Shown: positions 1 to 9,694, numbered from the stretch's first letter. The stretch is DNA of 64,000 nucleotides from Candidatus Thorarchaeota archaeon (GCA_048882325.1 JBHLRS010000001.1:1-64000), one strand, 5' to 3'. Program-made: numbers and translations. The notes: generated from the letters alone by a model not told the origin.

Positions 1-14
1 CAATGTGCCTGAAT

Positions 15-1682
15 TTACTTGACTATCTCCATGCCGCACTTCTGGCAGTACTGAGCACCAGATTCAATCGCTGCCCCACATTTGGGACATTTTCCTGAGT
101 ATCTACTCCAATGAATCAGCAATCTCTCTATGTCATCACGTTGTACTAGTCTTCTGCGAAGAAGTTCTTCTAGACCTCCGACTAATAGTTGCTCAGCCTC
201 AGGAGCTAATAGCATGTTGCCTTTCAAACACACTCGATCAAAGGCACCCTTGAAAGATTGGTCATTCTTCAACCAATCGTCGACTAAGGTCTTTATTGCG
301 CTATCAAAGTCATTGCTCAAGGTTTTCTCTCGCCCCATGGGTAATAGGTTCCCATCAGGTAAGAAACAGGGCGTTAGGAGTTCGCGAGATTTATCGTCGT
401 AAGTTGCCACATACATGTGTATGTCGAGGAGTGTCAACGGCGCAAGGTCATTCACAGCACTATTGTCAAGTGTCCAGTTCATAAGACCAAGAAACTCCTG
501 CTGAACTGTCAACACTCTGTTCTCGATTAATTGTTCAGTTCTGCTTATTGCATGGTCGACTGTAGTCTTGAGATCATCAAGTTCTTTCACCTTGAGATCC
601 AATTCCCTTCGCGCTTCATCGATTCTTGTATTTCGTTCTTGAATCTCAGTATGCATCAAATTCTCTGCTTGTATTTTTTCAGATTCAAATGTTGATTGGG
701 CTTCTGCCACACGTTTCTCTAACTCCGCTTTCTTCATATCCATCATGTCTATGGGCTGCTGACTATTCGTCAGACTGCCTTTGAGTGAGCTAACAAGTCT
801 GTTGTAAATTGATATTGCTCCTTCAGTATCTGCTTCCTTCTGACCAATCTGAGCTCTTGCGTTTCTAATTTCACTGACAATATCTCCAAAGAATTGTTCC
901 AAGTCATTAATTGTTCTAGAGAAATCCGCAGTCATGGCCCGAAGGTTAATTTTGTGTTTCTCACGCAACTCGTAAATCTTGTCCTCTTTTTTCTTCGTGA
1001 GATTAGCAATCTCTTGCCTAGTTCTCTCCTCCATAGTCCTTACACGTTCATTTCCTCTCTCCTTTTCCAGATTTGTGAGGTTCTCGAGGATAGTGGTTTG
1101 AGCACCAAAATTCTCCCTGATTAAACTCTTGAGAGTTTCAGCTGATTCGATACGAAGCTTTGCTGACTCAGAAATACTTCTGAACTCTTCTGTTCTCTTA
1201 AGCGCAGCGGCAGAATCAGAAAGAATCTCAATCCTGTTTGGCTCAACACCAGGATCAGATACAAGAACATAATTCCCTATTGCTTTGACAAATGATGGCT
1301 CTGTTATATTGGCAATATCAGCAGTAAGACTCTCAACTCTCTCAATAAGTGGTTGTATCTTAGAAGCAACACTCGGGATATCTGTCGCTTGAGACAAATC
1401 CGTGCTAATTATTCTCTTAACCTCACCTGCAGCCTTCATATCTGTGAACTGGAACTCCTTTCGCAAACTGCTGGAGGCAGCTAGAACTATAGATTTCGTC
1501 GGTGAGGTTTGAACAATCCAGAATGGGAACGAAACTGCGCTCAAACTCACAATCCTGGTTTTATGCCCCTTCAGAGCCTCTGCTGTTGCCAGTGCTGAAG
1601 CAAGACATATTCCATCTGATTCAGGTACAATTCTTGTTCCTTCCTTCTTGAAGAGGAAATTTAGATGTAGATGCCTAACCAA
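15..1682 (-). CDS. Long coiled-coil protein with C-terminal zinc ribbon
   Basis: 555 aa; E/K/R-rich heptad region at about aa 160-400; C-terminal CPKCG...CQKCG; FPFWIV motif near N-terminus. Confidence 0.8.
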   Translation of the reverse strand: MVRHLHLNFLFKKEGTRIVPESDGICLASALATAEALKGHKTRIVSLSAVSFPFWIVQTSPTKSIVLAASSSLRKEFQFTDMKAAGEVKRIISTDLSQATDIPSVASKIQPLIERVESLTADIANITEPSFVKAIGNYVLVSDPGVEPNRIEILSDSAAALKRTEEFRSISESAKLRIESAETLKSLIRENFGAQTTILENLTNLEKERGNERVRTMEERTRQEIANLTKKKEDKIYELREKHKINLRAMTADFSRTINDLEQFFGDIVSEIRNARAQIGQKEADTEGAISIYNRLVSSLKGSLTNSQQPIDMMDMKKAELEKRVAEAQSTFESEKIQAENLMHTEIQERNTRIDEARRELDLKVKELDDLKTTVDHAISRTEQLIENRVLTVQQEFLGLMNWTLDNSAVNDLAPLTLLDIHMYVATYDDKSRELLTPCFLPDGNLLPMGREKTLSNDFDSAIKTLVDDWLKNDQSFKGAFDRVCLKGNMLLAPEAEQLLVGGLEELLRRRLVQRDDIERLLIHWSRYSGKCPKCGAAIESGAQYCQKCGMEIVK

Positions 1683-1750
1683 ACTAACACAACCTTTTGG
1701 ATTATCAGGAACTCATTAGTAATTATGCCTTTTTGGGAAGAATTACCTCG

Positions 1751-2161
1751 CTACATTTGAGCCAGAGTTTCAGCTTCATCGACAGACAATATTTCTTCTG
1801 TCAAGAGCTCTTTAAGAATTTCAAGATACTGATTGTTGAGTCTGAATCCATCTCCTTCGACAACTCGTACCGTAGCTCTATGATTCCATTCAGCATCCGG
1901 GTCATCCACTGAGTGCAGGGTAACTACGTAGTTCTCACCTGCTCTGGCCATCATCAATCTCACGTTGTCATATCTTAAGCCTTTCATTTCACTACCAATG
2001 GATCTTCTGGCATAGGACTGAATAGCAGACATGAAAGAACCGAACAGCTCCTGATTGAGTTTTATCTCGTCTAATCCAACAGAGGCTTGGCGAATGCCTG
2101 CTTCATCAAATACAATTATGCCCTTCAAAGTCTTGACAACCACTTGGTACTCTATACACAT
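1751..2161 (-). CDS. Longin/roadblock-like small domain protein
   Basis: GIIVFDEAGI...QELFGSFMSAIQSYA...MKGLRYDNVRLMM fits the longin beta-beta-alpha-beta pattern; alternative start GTG 2143. Confidence 0.65.
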   Translation of the reverse strand: MCIEYQVVVKTLKGIIVFDEAGIRQASVGLDEIKLNQELFGSFMSAIQSYARRSIGSEMKGLRYDNVRLMMARAGENYVVTLHSVDDPDAEWNHRATVRVVEGDGFRLNNQYLEILKELLTEEILSVDEAETLAQM

Positions 2162-2214
2162 GCTAATGAAGACCTGTATTATGGGTACCTAGTATAGACA
2201 ATGTAACTTCTTTG

Positions 2215-2604
2215 TTATTGTCCAAGAAGTTCTCCTACTTCTTTTGCATATTTCCTCATCTGAGTCACAGCAAGACCCATTGAGGTCAGGTCTTTGGCTG
2301 AACCCATGAGCAAGAACTCACCTGCATGAGAGAGGACGACGAAGCCATCCTTTCCACGAACAACGACCTCATAGAGATCACTCAGTTCAAGTTTGCTTGC
2401 AGCCATGTCTCCAGTCATCAATAGTGCAGCGCTGACAGCAGCCATGAGATCTGGGTCTGCTTCAGAGTCTTCCGTAGCAAAATAGGCGAGCTTCACTCCC
2501 TGCTTGCTCACAACAGCTATCGCATCAAGGTCAGCATAGTTGGTTAGACCCATCAATAGCTCAACAAGTTCCTTTTCCTTTGCAGGATCAAGATGAGATG
2601 ACAT
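2215..2604 (-). CDS. Roadblock/LC7 (MglB-like) domain protein
   Basis: AIAVVSKQG, LMAAVSAALLMTGDMAASKL, EVVVRGKDGFVVL, MGLAVTQMRKYAKEV. Confidence 0.9.
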   Translation of the reverse strand: MSSHLDPAKEKELVELLMGLTNYADLDAIAVVSKQGVKLAYFATEDSEADPDLMAAVSAALLMTGDMAASKLELSDLYEVVVRGKDGFVVLSHAGEFLLMGSAKDLTSMGLAVTQMRKYAKEVGELLGQ

Positions 2605-2633
2605 TTTGTATACCTCTTTTCACGCGATTGTAA

Positions 2634-3557
2634 TCATTTGGCAACTAGCTTCTTGCCCTTCGCCTTACCTTTACCCTTCTTCTGTGATTCAGCTTGTTCT
2701 TCCTCAAGTTCTGACCTGAAAAAGGTGATAAGATCGCCAAGACGTTCCTTCATCTCAGCTTTGATAGGGCTTAGTATTGCATCTGGAGTTCCCTTGAGTA
2801 GCTCGATTCCCAAGACTCTTCCATCCTTCACAATTACTCTTGGGATGAATCCTTCAGCCATAAACGTGCCTTCCGGAGGGTCCTTCACCTTCTCGAACTT
2901 TCGTTCGACTTTCTCCTGACCAAATACAGCTATCTTATGCTCTGCAACAGTGTAAAGTTCATTGTAGATGATCAACAACTCTCTCTGATATCCTTCTGGA
3001 GGATCAACATTTTCTAGTTCACTGATCATCGATTGGATTTCTCCTGCCATAGCAGAAGATGCAGCTGAAGTTGGTGGTTTCGGAGGCGGCCTAGCAGTGG
3101 TAGGTTTCGATGTTGCAGTAGGCGGTTTGGGCGGAGGTGTTGAAACCTTTGATTCTGTTTTTGGTTCGGTAGCTGGTGGTTTTGGTGGTGGTGCTGAAGT
3201 GGCAGGTTCATCATTAGCTTTTGCTTTGGGTGGAGATGGAGGCGGTGCTTTTTCACCGGGTTTCAAAACACGAGATGCGGCTGTGGTTCCATCTAAAGCG
3301 GTGAAGAAAGTTGGTGGTTCTTCTCCCTCGTCTAGTGGTCTTACCTTGAAATGAAAACCGTACTCTGTTCTTAGGTTGGTTGCAACCCTCGCGCCGATGA
3401 ACTTTCTTCTTATACCTGCTTGAGTTCCTTTCCAAAGATAGATGCTCTTTGTTTCATCATCGACGACACAAACCACTTTGGTAGATTCCAGATCATCCTT
3501 AGTTAATTCGACCTCATTGAGGGTTCCGTCTTCCAAGACCTCGTAGCCCACTACCAT
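2634..3557 (-). CDS. Gelsolin-domain protein (one gelsolin repeat, Pro-rich linker, C-terminal domain; 1DGelX-like)
   Basis: DDLESTKVVCVVDD...IYLWKG...A....KF.GA..A.....DEGEEPPTFF gelsolin signature; four PPP(K/S)PP repeats; Lys-rich tail. Confidence 0.85.
   Translation of the reverse strand: MVVGYEVLEDGTLNEVELTKDDLESTKVVCVVDDETKSIYLWKGTQAGIRRKFIGARVATNLRTEYGFHFKVRPLDEGEEPPTFFTALDGTTAASRVLKPGEKAPPPSPPKAKANDEPATSAPPPKPPATEPKTESKVSTPPPKPPTATSKPTTARPPPKPPTSAASSAMAGEIQSMISELENVDPPEGYQRELLIIYNELYTVAEHKIAVFGQEKVERKFEKVKDPPEGTFMAEGFIPRVIVKDGRVLGIELLKGTPDAILSPIKAEMKERLGDLITFFRSELEEEQAESQKKGKGKAKGKKLVAK
3070..3250 (-). repeat. Four Pro-rich PPP(K/S)PP peptide repeats inside the gelsolin gene
   Basis: APPPSPPK, APPPKPPA, TPPPKPPT, RPPPKPPT; coordinates approximate. 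Confidence 0.85.
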
Positions 3558-3737
3558 AATCAATCACTACGCTACTCGTTAAACATCTACGCTGGTCACC
3601 TGTGATAGCTAGCCAGCGTGGTTATTGCCTTTTTGTGCTATATGATTGTTATTGTGTTAGATATGGTGGCAGAATCATCGTCTTATCGTTGTGGAGAAGG
3701 CTTATGAGTTAGAAGCACCATCAAAATTCAGGCGTTC

Positions 3738-4862
3738 GTGATGGAAGAACCAGAGACATATGTCAGTCCCTATAAGCAGCTATTCGATGAGACGCAGGAT
3801 CTTAGCTTTGGAAAACTGCTTCTTGGACTTGTGATATCTACCCTCATTCTGCTTGGGTCAACTTGGGGGCTTCTCGCTCTACTGAATTCTGTAGGTATAT
3901 TCATTTTAGATCCTGCAAATTTCACTCGATATACGATTTACATGCTTGGTGCATCTGGAGGAACAATGGTTCTGGCAATCATTCTCTGCGGGATTCTGAT
4001 AAAGTGGCCCCGATCTGTGAGTCTTCCACTATTGATTCATAGAAGAGCGAAGCACCACGCTGGAGACTATTTCATGTCTCCAGACCCAGAGGATGAGAAT
4101 CTAAAGGACGCTTTTAGACGGTCTCTTTATGGTTCTGTTTTAATTGTTGGAATCGCATTAACAATCCTAGGATTCGAGTTAATAGCTGATGTAACTACCA
4201 TTGATGTGATCTATTTGGGCTCAATCCTGATGGCTGTTAGTATTATTATTCTTCCATTTACAGTCATGCTTCTCTACTTCGGTCCCTGGTTGATGAAAGA
4301 GGCTGGTCTGTTTCACCTCGATGCCAAGGATAGGTCTCTAAGCAATGTTGGAGACGATGTTGAAGATATACTCGAGTTCTTTGCAGGTGTTGACATCATT
4401 CTTGTCTGGATTGAGCTTACATTGAGTGTTGGTCTTGAAGCTGTCTGGGTTCCAATTTTCATTATTCTAGTCGCCCTAGGTCCTCTGTTTGCTATTATTC
4501 TCAATTTTACCATCATCTTTGTATTCGTCAAGAAAAGAGCAACCATTTCGATGATGCGTTACCTCTCGGAGAGATATGATGTTCCTGACATGAAAACCTC
4601 TCCTACTTACATTCGGAGTCAAGTCATGGCACTGGTTGAACGTGAGCTATTTATGACAGCTGCAGCCCCACCCATTGAATCTGTTACTACAGAGGATGTT
4701 GAGGAAGAACCTGTGGTAGATGAGCAGGTACAGCCACAATATGAACCAGACACTGAAGGAGATACAAAGGCAAAACGAAAACACGTTCCTCCACCGCCGG
4801 GAGGTCATATTCCACCAGCACCAAGTGATAAACCCGCATCACTGTCGGAGGATGATGATTGA
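3738..4862 (+). CDS. Multi-pass membrane protein with acidic and Pro-rich C-terminal tail
   Basis: About 6 hydrophobic segments; tail HVPPPPGGHIPPAPSDKP. Confidence 0.8.
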   Translation: MMEEPETYVSPYKQLFDETQDLSFGKLLLGLVISTLILLGSTWGLLALLNSVGIFILDPANFTRYTIYMLGASGGTMVLAIILCGILIKWPRSVSLPLLIHRRAKHHAGDYFMSPDPEDENLKDAFRRSLYGSVLIVGIALTILGFELIADVTTIDVIYLGSILMAVSIIILPFTVMLLYFGPWLMKEAGLFHLDAKDRSLSNVGDDVEDILEFFAGVDIILVWIELTLSVGLEAVWVPIFIILVALGPLFAIILNFTIIFVFVKKRATISMMRYLSERYDVPDMKTSPTYIRSQVMALVERELFMTAAAPPIESVTTEDVEEEPVVDEQVQPQYEPDTEGDTKAKRKHVPPPPGGHIPPAPSDKPASLSEDDD

Positions 4863-5903
4863 ATCCTCCTTGAAGGCAAATGATACTACATTCTCTCCAT
4901 TGGCCCTCAAGCGTCTTACTAGCTCTTCATCATACGTAAGAGCAATAATGGGAGTGCCATTGAAATCTAAAACAATCTTGAAGGATCCTACCTGAGGCGT
5001 AATCGCAGTAAGATTAGCTACTCCTCCTCCCTCAATTGAGGAATCGTAAATCAGCACATCCTCTGGCTTGACACCAAACGTAAGTTCAGTTCCCAGTTCC
5101 CCTGCAGTAGGAATGTCAAACTGATTATTGTTCACCATTACACTCACAGCATCTCTAGAAACCTTGACAATCTCACCTGTGAAGACATTTCCACTCCCGA
5201 GAAATCTAGCAACAAACTCGTTTGCTGGTGAATCATACAACTCCTCTGGTGTTCCGACCTGAACTATCAATCCATCATTGAGTATGGCTACTCTGTCAGA
5301 TATCGCAAATGCCTCATCTTGACTATGGGTAACATAGATAGTTGTGATTCCAAGTTTTCTTTGGATCCTGCGAATCTCTGTCTGGAGTCGCTCTCTAAGC
5401 TGAAGATCAAGTGCCGACAGTGGTTCATCGAGTAGGAGGAGTGATGGGTTCGTTGCAAGGGCACGGGCAAGAGCCACTCGTTGAGCCTCACCGCCACTGA
5501 CCTCTGATGTTTTCCTCAATAGAAGATTCCTGATATCTAAAAGATCCGCTAGTTCCTCTACTCGAGCAATTGTTTCCTCTCTTGTCCATCCTGCCATGTC
5601 TGGTCCAAATGAGATGTTCTCGAAGACGGTCATGTTTGGGAACAGTGCAACTGACTGAAAGACCATCCCAATATTTCGATTACGAGGTTCGACATTGACC
5701 ATGTCTTTCCCGTCGAATAGCAGACTTCCACCAACATCCTCAATGAATCCAGCCACCATACGAAGCGTAGTTGTCTTTCCAGACCCACTGGGACCCAGTA
5801 GAGTAAGAAACTCACCTTCATCAACCTTAAGATCGATGGGTCCTATTCTAGATCCATCGTCGAATTCTCGAATAAGTCCTCTCAGCTCGACCTTTACCAT
5901 CAT
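4839..5903 (-). CDS. thiQ: Thiamine ABC transporter ATP-binding subunit
   Basis: GPSGSGKT, VSGGEAQR, LLLDEP, TOBE-like C-terminus; operon with thiB and thiP. Confidence 0.85.
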   Translation of the reverse strand: MMVKVELRGLIREFDDGSRIGPIDLKVDEGEFLTLLGPSGSGKTTTLRMVAGFIEDVGGSLLFDGKDMVNVEPRNRNIGMVFQSVALFPNMTVFENISFGPDMAGWTREETIARVEELADLLDIRNLLLRKTSEVSGGEAQRVALARALATNPSLLLLDEPLSALDLQLRERLQTEIRRIQRKLGITTIYVTHSQDEAFAISDRVAILNDGLIVQVGTPEELYDSPANEFVARFLGSGNVFTGEIVKVSRDAVSVMVNNNQFDIPTAGELGTELTFGVKPEDVLIYDSSIEGGGVANLTAITPQVGSFKIVLDFNGTPIIALTYDEELVRRLRANGENVVSFAFKEDSIIILRQ

Positions 5904-7564
5904 AAAGCACCTCCAGTACTACCTTCAGAGATTCGTTCCATGATAAGAAATGCAAGCACACAGATGATTACGAGGATGAGCGCCGCTGCGCCTGCCTCAA
6001 CAAATGCTCTTACACCTAGATAGTTGTAGATTGCGACTGCCAACGTGTAATTTTGTGGTAACGCAATGAACAGAGTGGCTGACATCTCACCTATCGCCAT
6101 GGCAAATGCAAAAACTCCACCTACTATGATACCAGGAGCTAGCAATGGAATTTCAATGTAAAGAAGACGTTGAATTCGTGATGCACCCAAGGAATCTGCC
6201 TGGTCCAATAAAGCCATGTCAATCTTACTCATTGCTATCTCTATCGCCCTAGCACTAAATGGAAGTCCTATGATTGTCTGTGCCACAACTATGATAGGCC
6301 ATGGATTCGTTACGAGTCCAAGTGGGACGGCAATAACCAGAACTAGACCGTAAGCAACTGTGACTGATGATATTCCCAATGGCAGAAGAATCATAATAGA
6401 TGCAAGCGTAGGTATGGTCTTTGATCTTGACCTCATTGAAATTGCCAAAGGTATACCAAGGAGAACTGCAAACAAAGTCGCGAGACCTGCGTAGAATAGA
6501 GAATTGACCAGATACCAACTTCCATCCGTGAAGAGAGTGATGAAACCATCAAGAGTGTATCTCTGCAATGTGGGATCAAAGACTGATGCTCTGATGATTG
6601 TGGCAATAGGTCCTAAGACCAAGATTACAATCAAAATGAGATAACCTGCAATAAATCCCTTCTCGATGTGGCTGTAGCGATTGATTGTTGTCGTTTTGAT
6701 GGAGGCCGTTGGACCTGTTGAATCCTGATGTCTTCCCAATTGCACGTAGACGAAAGCCAGACTTAGTGTGACAATTATCTGGACTAGAGTAAGCGAACTG
6801 GCTTGCCCATAATCAAAGAATCTGAAAGCATTGTAGATCTGAGCTTCAATTGTGAGATAGACTCCCTGACCAAATGCCAAAACAATTGGGAATGACATGA
6901 AGCAAAACATGAATGTCAGTACTGCTGCGGCAAGTAAAGATGGCATGATATGAGGAAGTGTTATTCGACGAAGTCGTTGAAATGGGGACGCTCCAAGTAT
7001 TTCTGCACTCTCTTCTATCTCCGGATTTAGACGTTCAAGTGACGCTGATACTATTAGTAACACAAGGGGCACATTATAGAATGTATGGGCTAGGATTATA
7101 CCAGGAACGCCTCTCGCTAGATTGAACACTGATGCGCTTGAGCCTTGAATCCACATGAGGATGGAATCAATGAGTCCATATGATCCAAACATCTGAAGAA
7201 ATCCCACTACAACGACGATGGGTGGAAGCACAAAGGGAACAATCATCATTGCCTTGACTAGAGACTTTCCTCGAAATCGCAAACGGGCTATTAAGAAGGC
7301 CCCTGGCAACCCGATAACTACTGCTAGAATTGTACTCAGAATTGCTTGACTAAAGGTAAAGATGATTGTAAATTGAATTCTGGATAAACCAAGTACATCA
7401 ATGAATGAAGTTCCATCCATGAATCCTCGAACAGTGACTATGAAGACTGGGAAGAGAATGAAAACTGCGAGTATCAAAATTGGAAATGCTAGTGCTGCAT
7501 ATCTCGCAATTCCTTGTGCTCTCACTTTGGATTCCTCTTCTATGGTGTTCGAGTTGCATCCCAT
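5900..7564 (-). CDS. thiP: Thiamine ABC transporter permease (duplicated BPD_transp_1)
   Basis: Two EAA-type loops (EESAEILGAS, DQADSLGAS); about 12 TM. Confidence 0.85.
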   Translation of the reverse strand: MGCNSNTIEEESKVRAQGIARYAALAFPILILAVFILFPVFIVTVRGFMDGTSFIDVLGLSRIQFTIIFTFSQAILSTILAVVIGLPGAFLIARLRFRGKSLVKAMMIVPFVLPPIVVVVGFLQMFGSYGLIDSILMWIQGSSASVFNLARGVPGIILAHTFYNVPLVLLIVSASLERLNPEIEESAEILGASPFQRLRRITLPHIMPSLLAAAVLTFMFCFMSFPIVLAFGQGVYLTIEAQIYNAFRFFDYGQASSLTLVQIIVTLSLAFVYVQLGRHQDSTGPTASIKTTTINRYSHIEKGFIAGYLILIVILVLGPIATIIRASVFDPTLQRYTLDGFITLFTDGSWYLVNSLFYAGLATLFAVLLGIPLAISMRSRSKTIPTLASIMILLPLGISSVTVAYGLVLVIAVPLGLVTNPWPIIVVAQTIIGLPFSARAIEIAMSKIDMALLDQADSLGASRIQRLLYIEIPLLAPGIIVGGVFAFAMAIGEMSATLFIALPQNYTLAVAIYNYLGVRAFVEAGAAALILVIICVLAFLIMERISEGSTGGAL

Positions 7565-8673
7565 AGATTCAACCAGTTGTTGAGATTTGCTGCAATCTGA
7601 GTAGAATTCAGAAGATGATTGAGCACACTCACCTCATCAGGATGAATTGCGTATTGATACACACTTGGAAGTGTTAAGTCTGTCCTGACTGGAAACATCC
7701 ACTGATTCAGTGGTATCTCATTTTGGACTGTGGCATTAAGACAATAATCAATGAATGCTTTGCCTAATTCAGGATTAGGACCATTCTTGACTAGTCCGAC
7801 TCCCTCAACCTGCATCCATGCCCAATACTGAGCATTATAATAGAAGGGTGCTACAGCAGTATCTGGAGCTGTGCCCAGATAATTGGCTGAGTATGCGGGA
7901 TCAGTTCCATAGCTCACCAATAGATGCTTACTCGGGTCGCCTGACCAGACTGACCACGCCTCGGTCCATCCTTCCTGCACATCAATCTCACTGCTCACAG
8001 TGTCCCACCATGTGGTCCAGTCCTCTTCCAGTAGGTCTTCGTAAACTGCAATCTGCGAGAGTAGAAACGCAAGCCCTGGACTACTATAGTGTGGATTCTC
8101 TGTGACAAGTGCTGACGCTAGCCCTGGATCAGCTAGGTCTGCGAATGTTAGATTTTCCAGCTGTGGGTGTGTGGTTGTGTTAATAGTGTTCATCGAGTAG
8201 ATTAGAGTGACAAGTCCAAAATCGAATGGTGTGAGGTAGTGGTCTGGATCCAACAAGTTCACAAAGGTGTCATTGATGAGACTTAGACTTGGCGACACAT
8301 ATGGCTCTAACACATTTTTAGCTTCATCCTGAAGTATGAGAATATTGTCAATTCCAATAACCGCATCTGCTACTGGGTTTGCAGATTCGGATACCAGTTT
8401 GGATACGATGCCATTCGCATCTACCTCTAATAGGATAATTACTACATCGACCCCATATTCCTCTTCAAAAGGAGCAAAAGCTCGCTCCAATACAACTTCT
8501 GCGCCTTCATCTCCCCAGTCAAGAAATGAACTGTAGGTGTAGACGACAATCTGAGATTCCTGTCTTGGTTGCCACCAAGTCACTGCTGCATAAGTTGCTA
8601 TGATTAAGATGACTGCAATGGCAATTACAGCGATTATTTGCCTGGGGTCTTTTCTGACAGGATATTCGGTCAT
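7540..8673 (-). CDS. thiB: Thiamine ABC transporter substrate-binding protein
   Basis: VYTYSSF, SSPGLAFLL, VSYGTDPAY, QWMFP motifs of ThiB/TbpA; N-terminal anchor; start moved to MTEYP. Confidence 0.85.
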   Translation of the reverse strand: MTEYPVRKDPRQIIAVIAIAVILIIATYAAVTWWQPRQESQIVVYTYSSFLDWGDEGAEVVLERAFAPFEEEYGVDVVIILLEVDANGIVSKLVSESANPVADAVIGIDNILILQDEAKNVLEPYVSPSLSLINDTFVNLLDPDHYLTPFDFGLVTLIYSMNTINTTTHPQLENLTFADLADPGLASALVTENPHYSSPGLAFLLSQIAVYEDLLEEDWTTWWDTVSSEIDVQEGWTEAWSVWSGDPSKHLLVSYGTDPAYSANYLGTAPDTAVAPFYYNAQYWAWMQVEGVGLVKNGPNPELGKAFIDYCLNATVQNEIPLNQWMFPVRTDLTLPSVYQYAIHPDEVSVLNHLLNSTQIAANLNNWLNLWDATRTP

Positions 8674-8712
8674 AATCTTTTCTGGAGCCTCCAATGGAGT
8701 TGCATGCAAGCA

Positions 8713-8743
8713 TTCTTATAACGCTTCTTATAACAGTGTTATA
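8713..8743. promoter_or_regulatory. Putative ThiR operator TATAAC-N3-GTTATA with an adjacent repeated half-site
   Basis: Perfect palindrome 8729-8743; TTCTTATAAC direct repeat at 8713 and 8725; lies between divergent thiB and thiR. Confidence 0.75.
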
Positions 8744-8761
8744 GAATTAGGGGTGAATCGA

Positions 8762-9694
8762 GTGAGACCGCCTTGTGAAATTGTACAGAGGGACTTTCTG
8801 CGAGCTGTCAGAATATCCGTAGCGAGGGCTCTCAAGGATGAAGGATTCTCTCAGACAGAAATTGCCTCACAAATGGATTTGACACAGGCTGCTGTTAGTA
8901 AATACCTGAGTCAGCCGATGTCCAAGACAGAGCTGGGAGGAGAGATTGAACAGCTCTGTCAGAAGATAACTGATCTAATCAAGACTGGGGAATCATGTGC
9001 TGATCAGATGGTAAAAGAAATTTGCTCGACATGCATGCAGTCTAGAATGGCATCCACTCTTTGCAAGATGCATCAGGACAGGGTACCATCCCTTAAAGCT
9101 GTCAATTGCCAAATATGTTCTCAACTTATTGGAGGAAGAGATGATGTACTTGCAGAACGAGCCATTGTGATTGGGGACATGTCGGAAGCTTTGAAGCTAA
9201 TTGAACAATCTGAATCATTCGTGCAGATTGTTCCTCAAGTTCGAGCAAACTTTGTTGTCAGTAATGACCAAGCTGAAACTTTCCGAGATGTTGCAGGTGT
9301 ACCAGGACGAATCACCATTGTTGATGGTCGAGCTCGTGCTCTCATGAGTCCACAATTCGGAGCATCGCAACATACCGCTGAGCTACTCTTGTATGCAAAA
9401 CACATCTGGCCTCAGGTTAGAGCCTGTATATGTGTAAGCGGTCGTGAAGATGTTGTTAGAAAAGCAGCGAGATTCGGTTTCAAAATCCTATCTATGAAAA
9501 ATCCTGAAAGCTCAGCAGCCAAGATCATCGAATCTTTAGAATCAACGACGAAACTTCCTGGATCAAGATCATCCTTCCCTGCTATACATGTTCCAGGCGG
9601 ATATGGAGTTGAACCAATTCTTTATCTCTTTGGTCCTAGTTCTGTCGAATTGAGTATGCGAAGTTTAAGACTGAGTGACGCTGTAGGATCTTGA
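8762..9694 (+). CDS. thiR: ThiR thiamine-responsive regulator (HTH, Cys cluster, ThiN-like domain)
   Basis: RPPCE...SQTEIASQMDLTQAAVSKYL HTH; VPQVRANF, VAGVPGRI, FGASQHTA, GGYGVEP ThiN motifs; GGGGTGA RBS before GTG 8762. Confidence 0.8.
   Translation: MRPPCEIVQRDFLRAVRISVARALKDEGFSQTEIASQMDLTQAAVSKYLSQPMSKTELGGEIEQLCQKITDLIKTGESCADQMVKEICSTCMQSRMASTLCKMHQDRVPSLKAVNCQICSQLIGGRDDVLAERAIVIGDMSEALKLIEQSESFVQIVPQVRANFVVSNDQAETFRDVAGVPGRITIVDGRARALMSPQFGASQHTAELLLYAKHIWPQVRACICVSGREDVVRKAARFGFKILSMKNPESSAAKIIESLESTTKLPGSRSSFPAIHVPGGYGVEPILYLFGPSSVELSMRSLRLSDAVGS

Noticed and set aside
8600-8761. N-terminal extension of ThiR, and of ThiB to 8709
   Set aside because: Overlaps the divergent gene and the operator; the RBS and family start support 8762 and 8673
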